Assembly (NCBI GenBank): GCA_003229755.1
Contig: QIFJ01000285.1
Location: forward strand, 1-25,771
Direction: 5' to 3'
Origin: Pseudomonadota bacterium
GTDB taxonomy: Bacteria > BMS3Abin14
Length of the DNA: 25,771 bases
Position numbers and translations under genes: made by a program. Below are positions 1-7,996 of the stretch, piece after piece. The notes under the pieces were generated by a model. That model was not told the DNA's origin and did no database searches. It saw only the letters and a list, made by a program, of their open reading frames with translations. The first letter of the stretch is position 1; every line of letters starts with the position of its first letter.

Positions 1-37
1 AGCTCCGCTTCGTGATTCACCAAAACCCCGGCCTGAT
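1..37 (-). repeat. Partial copy (arm B plus start of core) of the modular hairpin element, cut by the window edge
   Basis: Reverse complement ATCAGGCCGGGGTTTTGGTGAATCACGAAGCGGAGCT matches 1779-1815 except for one base. Confidence 0.85.
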
Positions 38-53
38 TTGCATTTGGTTATCC

Positions 54-161
54 TGGGTTCCGGTAAAAGAGCCTGAAGCGAAGCTCAAGGGGGTTGCGAA
101 GGCGAAGGGGCTTTTACCGGAACCCATTTATAACTTACTGACCACCAATTACTTTGGAGAT
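54..161 (+). repeat. Modular hairpin element, arm A-core-arm A', followed by terminal motif C
   Basis: Perfect 16-bp inverted repeat TGGGTTCCGGTAAAAG (54-69) / CTTTTACCGGAACCCA (111-126) around core GAAGCGAAGCTCAAGGGGGTTGCGAAGGCGA (75-105). Motif C TGACCACCAATTACTTTGGAGAT at 139-161. Confidence 0.85.
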
Positions 162-170
162 GATCCAAAA

Positions 171-830
171 CTATAAATAACGTTGAGCATTAAACGTTGA
201 ACGTTGAACCGCTCTTGACCACTTCCCAGATAACCCACTCCCTGGGAGAACCCGATATTCTGTAGGTGTGAGCTTCTCCCATAGTTTTATCGATGAGGTC
301 CTCTGTGGTATAGAATAGACAAGCGTCCTGCCCCCCTCCTTTAGAAGGGGTTCTGCGGATTCCAGTATCAGGTGGGGTTTGGCAGACGCCCTGGAGACAG
401 CGAGGTCGAACTCCCCTGCCCAACCATCGGAGACCTCTTTAAAGCGCCCCTCCAGGACCTGGGCGCCCATTATTTTCAGTGTCCTGATAATATGCCTCAA
501 GAACGTACACTTTTTACCAGAAGCTTCTACCAGATAAACCTCCAGGCCGGGACTCCCTATTTTAAGAACAAGTCCGGGAAAACCTGCCCCCGCTCCCAGG
601 TCAACAACTCTTTCAGAGCCTTCTACCAGGTCCATACCCAGGGGCACAAGGGAGTCTAAAAAGTGTACTCTTGTCCAGTCGTGCCGTTTTCTGGATACAA
701 GATTGATATTACGATTCCACTTTTCCAGCTCCCTGTAATAGACGGCAAACTGTTGAAGCTGCGTGGAGTCAAGCTCCACGCCCAGGTCGTCTGCTCCCCT
801 TTTCAGGTTCTTTTTAAGCTCTTTTTCCAT
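171..830 (-). CDS. rsmG: 16S rRNA (guanine527-N7)-methyltransferase RsmG/GidB; 3' end probably frameshifted
   Basis: Motifs LEKWNRNINLVS, HFLDSL, VVDLGAGAGFPG, LVEASGKKCTFL and VSRA, in the canonical position downstream of mnmG. Start placed at ATG 830 (MEKELKK) because the ORF-track extension to 860 lies inside a repeat. The RsmG-like C-terminus appears to be in another frame, ending at 190. Confidence 0.92.
   Translation of the reverse strand: MEKELKKNLKRGADDLGVELDSTQLQQFAVYYRELEKWNRNINLVSRKRHDWTRVHFLDSLVPLGMDLVEGSERVVDLGAGAGFPGLVLKIGSPGLEVYLVEASGKKCTFLRHIIRTLKIMGAQVLEGRFKEVSDGWAGEFDLAVSRASAKPHLILESAEPLLKEGGRTLVYSIPQRTSSIKLWEKLTPTEYRVLPGSGLSGKWSRAVQRSTFNAQRYL
179..210. repeat. Heptamer tandem array (AACGTTG-type)
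   Basis: AACGTTG AGCATTA AACGTTG AACGTTG AACC. Confidence 0.8.
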
Positions 831-841
831 ATAAACTTGAC

Positions 842-993
842 AGGGTCGTAAAAAATCCATCCATGGCTTTTTGCTCCCCGGGAAGGGAAAAGCGTCATTT
901 TCCCTTCCATCACGGAATATTGTTATTTGTCGTAAAAAGTCCGTAAGCGGCTTTTCACTCCACGGGAAGCGAAAAGCGTCGTTTTCCCTTCCC
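842..993. repeat. Two tandem copies of hairpin repeat family D (GTCGYAAAAA...GGAAGGGAAAA-GCGTCR-TTTTCCCTTCC)
   Basis: Copies at 842-908 and 929-993. Perfect 11-bp stem GGAAGGGAAAA/TTTTCCCTTCC at 881-908. Third copy at 3978-4045, and a related end motif GATGGACTCGTAATAAGTC at 1103-1121. Confidence 0.8.
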
Positions 994-1130
994 TCACGAA
1001 TCCATAACTATATGTCAGGGTTATGGATTCGGGCGCCCACGCTCGGGCGCGATTGTAATGCTATGCAAGTCATTGATTCGGGCGCCCCTCAATGGGCGCG
1101 TTGATGGACTCGTAATAAGTCGCTATCGCA

Positions 1131-1712
1131 CTCTTTCCTCGGCGGGAGAGGGCTACTCAAGACCCATTTTTCGGTCCCAGGACCCAGTTGTTCGGTCCCA
1201 TGACCCAAGACCCAGGTCCCAGATAAATCCATAGAGCTTGTCACCCTATCCTGTCATTTTCATCCCAGCGCCCAGAGCCTGACGCCCAGCGCCTGTAACT
1301 TAATTTCCAATGTTCTAATGTTCTATACCCAATTTCGAATTTCGAATTTCCAATTTCGAATCTCCAATTTCCACTACTCTAATGCTCTAATGTTTTACTT
1401 CCACACTTCGATACCTCGATACATCGTTACCCATCAACCACCCCGGTTCCCCGATTCTGCCCTTCATGTGCAAAAGCGCTCAGTCGCCCAATCGCCCCCC
1501 CCTCATATCACACCGCGTCGCCGTGTCCCAATGACCCCCTTCGACAATGCTCAGGGCAGGCAGGACCCAGGTGTTGATCCAAAGGCCAAGATCCAAGGTC
1601 TAAGATTACGAGCCACAAGATTGCCGCGTCCCCCTCGTCTATGCCTCGGGGGCCTCGCAATGACTTTTATTTTGTTTTTAGATGTCACCGTTTCCCCGCT
1701 TCCCCGATTCTA
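1131..1712. repeat. Mosaic of REP-like palindromes and 7/8-mer tandem arrays, non-coding
   Basis: CTCTTTCC-TCGGC-GGGAGAG hairpin (about 1131-1152). GACCCAG arrays 1171-1222, CGCCCAG 1262-1296, AATTTCG/CTAATG arrays about 1302-1420. CCCTTCGACAATGCTCAGGG 1537-1556. AGATTGCCGCG...CTCGCAATGAC 1618-1664. TCCCCG octamers about 1441-1457 and 1690-1710. ORF 1318..1767 is low-complexity repeat translation. Confidence 0.75.
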
Positions 1713-1728
1713 CCCTTCAAGTGCCCTC

Positions 1729-1904
1729 GCGCTTCGCCTCAGGGCCTTTTACCGGCACCCTGGATAGATGTATTTAATATCAGGCCGGGGTTTTGGTGAA
1801 TCACGAAGCGAAGCTCAAAGGGGGTTGCGAAGGCGAGTGATTACACCCAAAACACCGGCCATATGAATGCACTATGCTGGTCTCTCACCAACTAATTTGG
1901 AGAT
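1729..1904. repeat. Composite modular element: inverted arm A half, arm B-core-arm B', motif C
   Basis: Arm A half on the minus strand at 1729-1761, arm B 1779-1804, core 1805-1836, arm B' 1837-1860, motif C TCACCAACTAATTTGGAGAT 1885-1904. Confidence 0.85.
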
Positions 1905-1922
1905 AGCCCTTCTGTAGCTCTA

Positions 1923-3812
1923 TTACCCCACCTCCTTCTTCGCCCTGGCAAGATAGATCATCAGGGCTGAGACGGCGGCCGGCGTAACTCCCGGTATCCT
2001 GGAAGCCTGACCAAGATTGATGGGTCTTACCTCGTCAAGCTTATCCCGCACCTCACGGGATATGGCATCAAGGGATTGAAAATCAATGTCCTCAGGTATT
2101 GTCATCGATTCCATTCTACTCATTTTCTCAACCATGGTTGCCTGACGCTGTATATACCCCTCATACTTTGCCTGTATTTCTATCTGCTCCAAGACCACCG
2201 GATCCCTGTGGGGAGTAAACTCCGGATTGCATTTTACAAGGTCCCAGGTGTTTCTCCCGGGCTGCCGTAGAGCCTTGATAAGGGGTGTTCCCCGTACAGG
2301 TGAATTTGCCCCCATGTCCACTGTAACTTTTGTTTCACTAAGATCCTTAAGGCCCCTTGCGACCTCCTTTACCTTCTCCCTGGTTCTGGCAATTTCATCT
2401 TCACTAATGAGCCCGATAGCATATCCCTTTTCCATGAGCCTCAGGTCGGCATTATCCTCTCTGAGTGAAAGACGGTGTTCAGCCCTTGATGTAAAGAGCC
2501 TGTAGGGCTCACTGGTTCCCTTGGTAACCAGATCGTCGATCATAACCCCTATGTATGCTTCGTCCCTCCTCAACACCAGGGAGGGGGCACCCTGAACAAA
2601 AAGCGCAGCATTTACTCCTGCAAGAAAGCCCTGGGCGGCAGCCTCCTCATAGCCGGAGGTGCCGTTTATCTGTCCAGCCAGGAAAAGCCCCGGCACTGAT
2701 TTTACATGGAGATCCAGACCCAATTGCTGAGGATACACGAAATCGTACTCGATCGCGTATCCAGGTCTCATGATCTGCACCTCCTCCAGCCCGGGGATAG
2801 TTCTGAGCATCCTGATCTGAATGTCTATGGGCAGACTCGTAGAGATTCCATTGGGATAGTACTCCCTCGTCTGAAGACCCTCTGGTTCAAGAAATATCTG
2901 GTGTCCTATCTTGTCCGGGAACCGTACGATCTTATCCTCGATGCTGGGACAGTACCGTGGCCCGACTCCCTTGATAACGCCGGCATACAGCGGGGACCGG
3001 TCCAGTCCATCCCTGATGGCAAGGTGGGTTTTTTCTGTCGTCCTTGTTATCCAGCACGGCACCTGCTCCCTCTCGATGGACTCCGTCCTGAAGGAAAACG
3101 GCAGCGGCTCCTCATCGCCGTACTGGGGGGTAGTTACATCGAAATCTATGGTTTTGGCATCAAGTCTTGGCGTTGTTCCCGTCTTCAGGCGACCCACATT
3201 CAGCCCCAGGGCCGCCAGAGCACCCGAGAGCATCAGGGCCGGAAACTCTCCCGCCCTTCCGGCTGCATATTGGGTCATCCCCACATGTATCAATCCGTTA
3301 AGAAATGTTCCGGTTGCAATAACTACGGTCCTGGATGCAAACTCCTCTCCCGACTGGGTGTGCACACCCACAACCTTCTGGCCGTCTGTCAGAAAGCCCT
3401 CCACCATTCCCTGTTTTATATGCAGCCCCTCCGTTGTCTCAAGCCTTTCCCTGACCCATGTCTTATATTTATACATATCAGCCTGGGCGCGAGATGAACG
3501 TACAGCAGGCCCCTTCCGTGTGTTCAGCCTCCTGTACTGGATTCCCGTCTCGTCTATGGCCTCAGCCATGATTCCCCCCATGACATCTATCTCCTTGACG
3601 AGGTGGCCCTTCGCCAGGCCGCCTACGGCTGGATTGCATGACATGTGGGCTATCTGGTCAATAGAGATCGTCAGCATCAGGGTCGTCATGCCCATCCTGG
3701 CAGCAGCCATGGATGCCTCACAGCCGGCGTGGCCGCCGCCCACGACTATTACATCAAATTCCGTCGGGTGGCGGAATCGATCATTACCAGGCTTGTTTTC
3801 AGATTGTTTCAC
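1923..3812 (-). CDS. mnmG: tRNA uridine-5-carboxymethylaminomethyl(34) synthesis enzyme MnmG/GidA
   Basis: FAD-binding DVIVVGGGHAGCEA, MSCNPAVGGLAKG, GPRYCPSIEDK, FLAGQINGTSGYEEAAAQG, EPYRLFTSRAE, LGQASRIPGVTPAA; 629 aa; GTG start. Confidence 0.98.
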   Translation of the reverse strand: MKQSENKPGNDRFRHPTEFDVIVVGGGHAGCEASMAAARMGMTTLMLTISIDQIAHMSCNPAVGGLAKGHLVKEIDVMGGIMAEAIDETGIQYRRLNTRKGPAVRSSRAQADMYKYKTWVRERLETTEGLHIKQGMVEGFLTDGQKVVGVHTQSGEEFASRTVVIATGTFLNGLIHVGMTQYAAGRAGEFPALMLSGALAALGLNVGRLKTGTTPRLDAKTIDFDVTTPQYGDEEPLPFSFRTESIEREQVPCWITRTTEKTHLAIRDGLDRSPLYAGVIKGVGPRYCPSIEDKIVRFPDKIGHQIFLEPEGLQTREYYPNGISTSLPIDIQIRMLRTIPGLEEVQIMRPGYAIEYDFVYPQQLGLDLHVKSVPGLFLAGQINGTSGYEEAAAQGFLAGVNAALFVQGAPSLVLRRDEAYIGVMIDDLVTKGTSEPYRLFTSRAEHRLSLREDNADLRLMEKGYAIGLISEDEIARTREKVKEVARGLKDLSETKVTVDMGANSPVRGTPLIKALRQPGRNTWDLVKCNPEFTPHRDPVVLEQIEIQAKYEGYIQRQATMVEKMSRMESMTIPEDIDFQSLDAISREVRDKLDEVRPINLGQASRIPGVTPAAVSALMIYLARAKKEVG

Positions 3813-3820
3813 GTGAAACG
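3805..3820. promoter_or_regulatory. parS centromere-like site
   Basis: TGTTTCACGTGAAACG, a 15/16 match to the palindromic parS consensus TGTTTCACGTGAAACA, origin-proximal. Confidence 0.9.
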
Positions 3821-3829
3821 TTTCCTTCT

Positions 3830-3938
3830 GTCCCGTGACCCATGACCCATGACCCAGGTTAAATGCAAACGAAGCTAATAATAACTAGCTAATTCCTAAT
3901 TTCCAATGATCTAATGCTCTAATTTCCAATGCTCTAAT
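3830..3938. repeat. Heptamer arrays (GACCCAT-type, then CTAAT/CCAAT-type)
   Basis: GTCCCGT GACCCAT GACCCAT GACCCAG at 3830-3857; CTAATTC CTAATTT CCAATGA TCTAATG... at about 3875-3938. Confidence 0.8.
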
Positions 3939-3946
3939 ATCTGTTT

Positions 3947-4175
3947 ATCTCCAAATTAGTTGGCGGTCAATATTGATAGGGTCGCAAAAATTCCATCCAA
4001 GGCTTTTTACTCCGCGGAAAACGAAAAATGTCATTTTCACTTTCCTTTCAAATCAAGCCGGGGTTTTGGTGAATCACGAAGCGAAGCTCAAAGGGGGTTG
4101 CGAAGGCGAGTGATTACACCCAAAAACCCGGCCTGATGGATACATCTTACTTAACCCGACAATTATTTGAGAGAT
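3947..4175. mobile_element. MITE-like composite: motif C inverted termini enclosing a family D copy and arm B-core-arm B'
   Basis: Left end ATCTCCAAATTAGTTGGCGGTCA (3947-3969); degenerate inverted right end AACCCGACAATTATTTGAGAGAT (4153-4175). Family D 3978-4045, arm B 4052-4077, core 4078-4109, arm B' 4110-4137. No clear target-site duplication and no transposase in the window. Confidence 0.6.
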
Positions 4176-4190
4176 TACATAATTGTAATT

Positions 4191-5552
4191 CTATTTACCG
4201 ATGCAGAACCGGGAGAAGATCTCCTCCAAAATCTCGTCGTTTGTAACCTCACCCACGAGCTCTCCCATGTGCATCAACGCCTCGTCTATATCCACTGCGA
4301 GGCATTCTGGAGACGCTTCGGGACTGGAAACTTCCAGCGCCCGCTTGCAGGACTCTATCACCCCCGCAAGGGCCCTCTTCTGGCGAAGCGATGTTACCAC
4401 TGCTCCCGAAGACAGTTTCTGGTTGCCGAAAGCGGTCTGATACACAGCATCCCTAAGCTTTTCTATCCCCTCCCCTGTTTTGGCGGAGATATAAACTGCC
4501 TCCTCTGGCATCTCACTGTTTGCGGTGAGCAGATCTGTTTTGTTGGCCACAATAATTCTTTGCGCATTTTCTGTTTCTTTCAGCAGGGTCCTGTCTCCTT
4601 TTCCCAGCTTTTTTGACTGGTCAATGACCACCAGGACAAGATCGGCTTTTTTCATAACCTTTCTCGTCCTGAAGATGCCCTCCACTTCCACTTCACTGGC
4701 GCCCTCTCTTATGCCTGCCGTGTCCACAACCTTCAGCGGTATCCCCCTTATCTCTATCCTTGCCTCGATAAAATCCCTGGTGGTTCCAGGTATCTCGTGT
4801 ACTATTGCCCGCTCTTCCTGCAGAAGGGCATTAAGCAGGCTCGACTTTCCCACGTTCGGTGTGCCGGTGATGGCCACAGAAAGACCGTCGGCAAGGGCGA
4901 TCCCCTCCTTTGCCGTTGAGATCAGCTCCTGTGCCAGAAGCCTGGAGTCGGAGATCAGTGTCCTGAGGTGCTCCGCCTCAGGTTCTTCGACATCCTCCGG
5001 GAAATCTATGGCCGATTCGCTCAGGACCTTTGCCTCTTTGAGCTTTTCCCTGATCTTTCCCGCTGCCCCTGAAAGAGCTCCATCAACCTGACGCAGCATG
5101 ACCTTTCGGGCCTCGTCGGTTGCCGCGAATATATGGGACGCCACCGCTTCTGCCTGAGCAAGGTCCATCCTGCCGCACAAAAATGCTCTTCGGGTAAACT
5201 CCCCCGGCTCAGCCAATCTTGCCCCGGCATCCACCGCAGCCTCCAGCAGCGCTCTAAGAATAAGGGGGCCGCCGTGGGCCGTTATCTCTGCCGTATCCTC
5301 TCCGGTATATGATCGCGGTTTATGAAAGGTTATTAAGACAGCCTGGTCGATGGAGTCAGTCGGAACATCGGGCTGGTGGGCGCGGCCGACAAGAGCGAGG
5401 CGTTGCTCCGGCGGAAAGCCTTTCCACCCACCTGTGGGCGTAAAGATCCGCTTGCAAAGCAAAATTGCATCCGGTCCGGAGATCCTCACCATTCCTACAC
5501 CGCCCGGGCCGGGAGGTGTGGAGACGGCCGCGATGATATCGGTGTCAGGCAT
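4191..5552 (-). CDS. mnmE: tRNA modification GTPase MnmE/TrmE
   Basis: IAAVSTPPGPGGVGMVRISG, YTGEDTAEITAHGG, AEPGEFTRRAF, G1 GTPNVGKSSL, PGTTRD, DTAGIR, NKTD, C-terminal FSRFCIGK. Confidence 0.98.
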   Translation of the reverse strand: MPDTDIIAAVSTPPGPGGVGMVRISGPDAILLCKRIFTPTGGWKGFPPEQRLALVGRAHQPDVPTDSIDQAVLITFHKPRSYTGEDTAEITAHGGPLILRALLEAAVDAGARLAEPGEFTRRAFLCGRMDLAQAEAVASHIFAATDEARKVMLRQVDGALSGAAGKIREKLKEAKVLSESAIDFPEDVEEPEAEHLRTLISDSRLLAQELISTAKEGIALADGLSVAITGTPNVGKSSLLNALLQEERAIVHEIPGTTRDFIEARIEIRGIPLKVVDTAGIREGASEVEVEGIFRTRKVMKKADLVLVVIDQSKKLGKGDRTLLKETENAQRIIVANKTDLLTANSEMPEEAVYISAKTGEGIEKLRDAVYQTAFGNQKLSSGAVVTSLRQKRALAGVIESCKRALEVSSPEASPECLAVDIDEALMHMGELVGEVTNDEILEEIFSRFCIGK

Positions 5553-5571
5553 GTTACTGGAGGGTTGGGAT

Positions 5572-7257
5572 TTATTTCCTGCCCTTCTTGGATTTTTGCT
5601 TTACTGCCGGCTTTTCGGGCTCTTCAGCTTCTTTTTTCTTGTGGCCCTTGAGCATATAGTATTGATGCCCTATTGTCAGGATGTTGTTCACAGTCCAGTA
5701 TATAACCAGACCCGAAGGCAGGTTTACGAACAGGGCGGTGAAGACAATGGGCATGAAGAGCATGATCTGCTGCTGCCTGGGGTCCCCTGTGGCGGGTGTC
5801 ATCTTTTGCTGCAGGAACATTGAGGCGCCCATCACGATAGGAGTTATGTAAAGCGGATCCTTGGCGGACAGGTCTGTTATCCACAACACGAACGGGGCAT
5901 GCCTGAGCTCTATGGCTCCCAGCAGCGCTCTGTAAAGGGCAAAAAATACCGGTATCTGCACAAGTATGGGCAGGCATCCACCCGCCGGGTTGACTTTGTT
6001 CTCTCTGTACAGGGCCATGATCTCCTGGTTGAGTTTCTCCTTGTCCTTCTTGTACTTATCCCTCAGCACATTTATCTGGGGCTGGAGCTTCGACATATTC
6101 TTCATGGACTTGAAGCTCGCGTTGGAAAAGGGGATAAAAGCGATCTTTATGAGGATAGTCAATATAATGATGGCCGTGCCGTAGTTGCCGACATACCTGT
6201 AAAAATAGTTCATAAGCACAAGCAGTGGCTTGGCGATAAAGGCGAACCAACCCATGTCCACGGTCTCGGCAAGGGAGGGATCAACTGCCTTAAGCGAATC
6301 CAATTCCTTGGGGCCCATATAGGTCAGGGCCTTCAGGCTCGTGGCTGTGCCCGGTTCCAGCTTTACCTGTGTGTACAGGCCGATCGCTACCCTGCCGTCG
6401 TCCATCTTCCTGACAATAGCTCTTTCCAAGCCGTTCCTCGGAAGCATGGCCGCCACGAAATACATATCCTGGCTGGCGATCCAGTCGGGGATCTCCTCGT
6501 AAAGCACTGTGCCGTCGAGCTTCTTGCTCTTGATCTTTCTGGACTTGCCTTCGGTCCGGACAACAGCGCCCTTAAAGCCGTACCTGCTGGTCATCCTGCT
6601 GCCGGTCTTTTCCCCAAGGACCTCCAGTCCCGGTGTCCACGAATAAATCAGTCGTCCGGAGATGGGATCTGTCCAACGGTTCACCAGCCTGACCTGTCCG
6701 TCAACAGCATAGGAGTTTCCGGAAAAGGTCAGAGATTTGGACATCTCAAGCCCGTCGCGGGTTCTGTACCTGAAAGTAACACTGCCCTCCTCACCCTCTG
6801 CCAGGACCATGTCCCCTCCTTCGACCAGAAACAGGGCCTCCGCAAAACCCAATGGCCCTCCAACGCCAACCAGTTCAGCCGTCAGGGGAAAATTTGTGCC
6901 GGATGGATCTCTTACAAGCTGTACTCTCGAGTCTGGATCCTTCAAGTTCTGCAGGAAGTTCTTGAGGATGACGCTTTTTAAAACACCGCCCTTGTTAGTG
7001 AGGACTGCGGTGTAAAGAGGAGTGTCGACCCTTATGGTCTTCTCCTCTCCCGCAACTATGGGTTCGGCTGTCTTGCCGGGAGCCACCTGGACGGGAACGG
7101 TCTCAGTCTCTGCCGCTTCCGGCACCTGAGTACCTTCCTCAACAGCAGGTGAGCCCTGCTGTTCCCTCTGGGGCGCTACGAAGTAGTACTGGTAAACAAA
7201 CAGAAAAATAAATGATATGGCGAGAGTGAGGAACAGCCGCTTTGATTGATCCTCCAT
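5572..7257 (-). CDS. yidC: Membrane protein insertase YidC
   Basis: N-terminal TM anchor, large periplasmic domain, GNYGTAIIILTILIK, NPAGGCLPILVQIPVFFALY, LWITDLSAKDP, LPSGLVIYWTVNN. Confidence 0.97.
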   Translation of the reverse strand: MEDQSKRLFLTLAISFIFLFVYQYYFVAPQREQQGSPAVEEGTQVPEAAETETVPVQVAPGKTAEPIVAGEEKTIRVDTPLYTAVLTNKGGVLKSVILKNFLQNLKDPDSRVQLVRDPSGTNFPLTAELVGVGGPLGFAEALFLVEGGDMVLAEGEEGSVTFRYRTRDGLEMSKSLTFSGNSYAVDGQVRLVNRWTDPISGRLIYSWTPGLEVLGEKTGSRMTSRYGFKGAVVRTEGKSRKIKSKKLDGTVLYEEIPDWIASQDMYFVAAMLPRNGLERAIVRKMDDGRVAIGLYTQVKLEPGTATSLKALTYMGPKELDSLKAVDPSLAETVDMGWFAFIAKPLLVLMNYFYRYVGNYGTAIIILTILIKIAFIPFSNASFKSMKNMSKLQPQINVLRDKYKKDKEKLNQEIMALYRENKVNPAGGCLPILVQIPVFFALYRALLGAIELRHAPFVLWITDLSAKDPLYITPIVMGASMFLQQKMTPATGDPRQQQIMLFMPIVFTALFVNLPSGLVIYWTVNNILTIGHQYYMLKGHKKKEAEEPEKPAVKQKSKKGRK

Positions 7258-7491
7258 CTATACGGCCTTCCTTCCCCTGGCGGCAGGGACAGGATCCAGC
7301 CCCCCTCTTGTGAGGGGTTGGCACTTGAGGATTCTCGTTACAAAAAGCGCAGTTCCCTTAACAGTCCCATGAGTCTCAATAGCCTCGAGGGCATATTCCG
7401 AACATGTGGGTATGAACCTGCACGATGCCGGCAGCGCGGGAGATATCCACGTTCTGTATATCTTTACTGCAACCATGATCGGCTGTTTCAA
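7258..7491 (-). CDS. yidD: Membrane protein insertion efficiency factor YidD
   Basis: YRTWISPALPASCRFIPTCSEYALEAI...GGLDPVP, located between rnpA and yidC; TTG start overlaps the rnpA stop. Confidence 0.93.
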   Translation of the reverse strand: MKQPIMVAVKIYRTWISPALPASCRFIPTCSEYALEAIETHGTVKGTALFVTRILKCQPLTRGGLDPVPAARGRKAV

Positions 7492-7850
7492 TCTCCGGAC
7501 CCCTCTATTGTCAGGCCAGCGTTTCTTGCCAGTTCCAGATATTCCTCCTTCATCTCATTAAAGCCCGCATCCCGAGCTCTGCCTCTTGCTATTGCCACAA
7601 CGTCAAAGCCTGTTTTTATCCGGCGCATGTGAATCCTCTCTATCTCCCGAATGCGTCTTCGTACGCGGTTTCTCTTTACGGCATTGCCTAACTTCCTTGA
7701 AACCGTCAGCCCGAACCGTGAGGTGGTTAATCCATTTTCAAGGGAAAGAAGAATCAGAAAGCGGCCCTTTTTCATTTTGCCCTTTTGCTGGATCCTCAGG
7801 TAGTCAGAGCGGCTACGCAGACGGGCCGAACCAGGGAATCGAAGATCCAA
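7488..7850 (-). CDS. rnpA: Ribonuclease P protein component (canonical 120-aa form from TTG 7850)
   Basis: FPGSARLRSRSDY, RFGLTVSRKLGNAVKRNRVRRRIRE (RNR motif), DVVAIAR. Start is uncertain because the frame stays open to 8072. Confidence 0.93.
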   Translation of the reverse strand: MDLRFPGSARLRSRSDYLRIQQKGKMKKGRFLILLSLENGLTTSRFGLTVSRKLGNAVKRNRVRRRIREIERIHMRRIKTGFDVVAIARGRARDAGFNEMKEEYLELARNAGLTIEGSGD

Positions 7851-7861
7851 CCTCCGATCAC

Positions 7862-7996
7862 TCAGACGGACAGGCGCTTTCTTCCCCTGGCCCGTCTTCG
7901 TTTCATTATCAATCGACCTGACCTTGTTCTCATCCGAAGCCTGAACCCGTGTGTTCTCTTCCGGGAAATGTTGCTCGGCTGGTATGTTCTTTTCAA
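7862..7996 (-). CDS. rpmH: 50S ribosomal protein L34
   Basis: Translated by hand: [44 protein letters not shown] (44 aa, TTG start). AGGAGG Shine-Dalgarno about 7 nt upstream. Confidence 0.97.
   Translation of the reverse strand: MKRTYQPSNISRKRTHGFRLRMRTRSGRLIMKRRRARGRKRLSV

Noticed and set aside
1318-1767. 149-aa ORF in the rsmG-mnmG spacer
   Set aside because: It is the translation of heptamer and REP-like repeats (FRISNFQFRISNF); no RBS or domain signal.
1-4175. Possible CRISPR array from the recurring 26-32 nt repeats
   Set aside because: Copies are kilobases apart and in both orientations, with no regular unique spacers and no cas genes in the window.
2555-7015. Long antisense ORFs (2706..3497, 2911..3816, 4525..5091, 5899..6981 and similar ones within dnaA, gyrB and gyrA)
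   Set aside because: Shadow frames of well-conserved genes, with no recognisable motifs.
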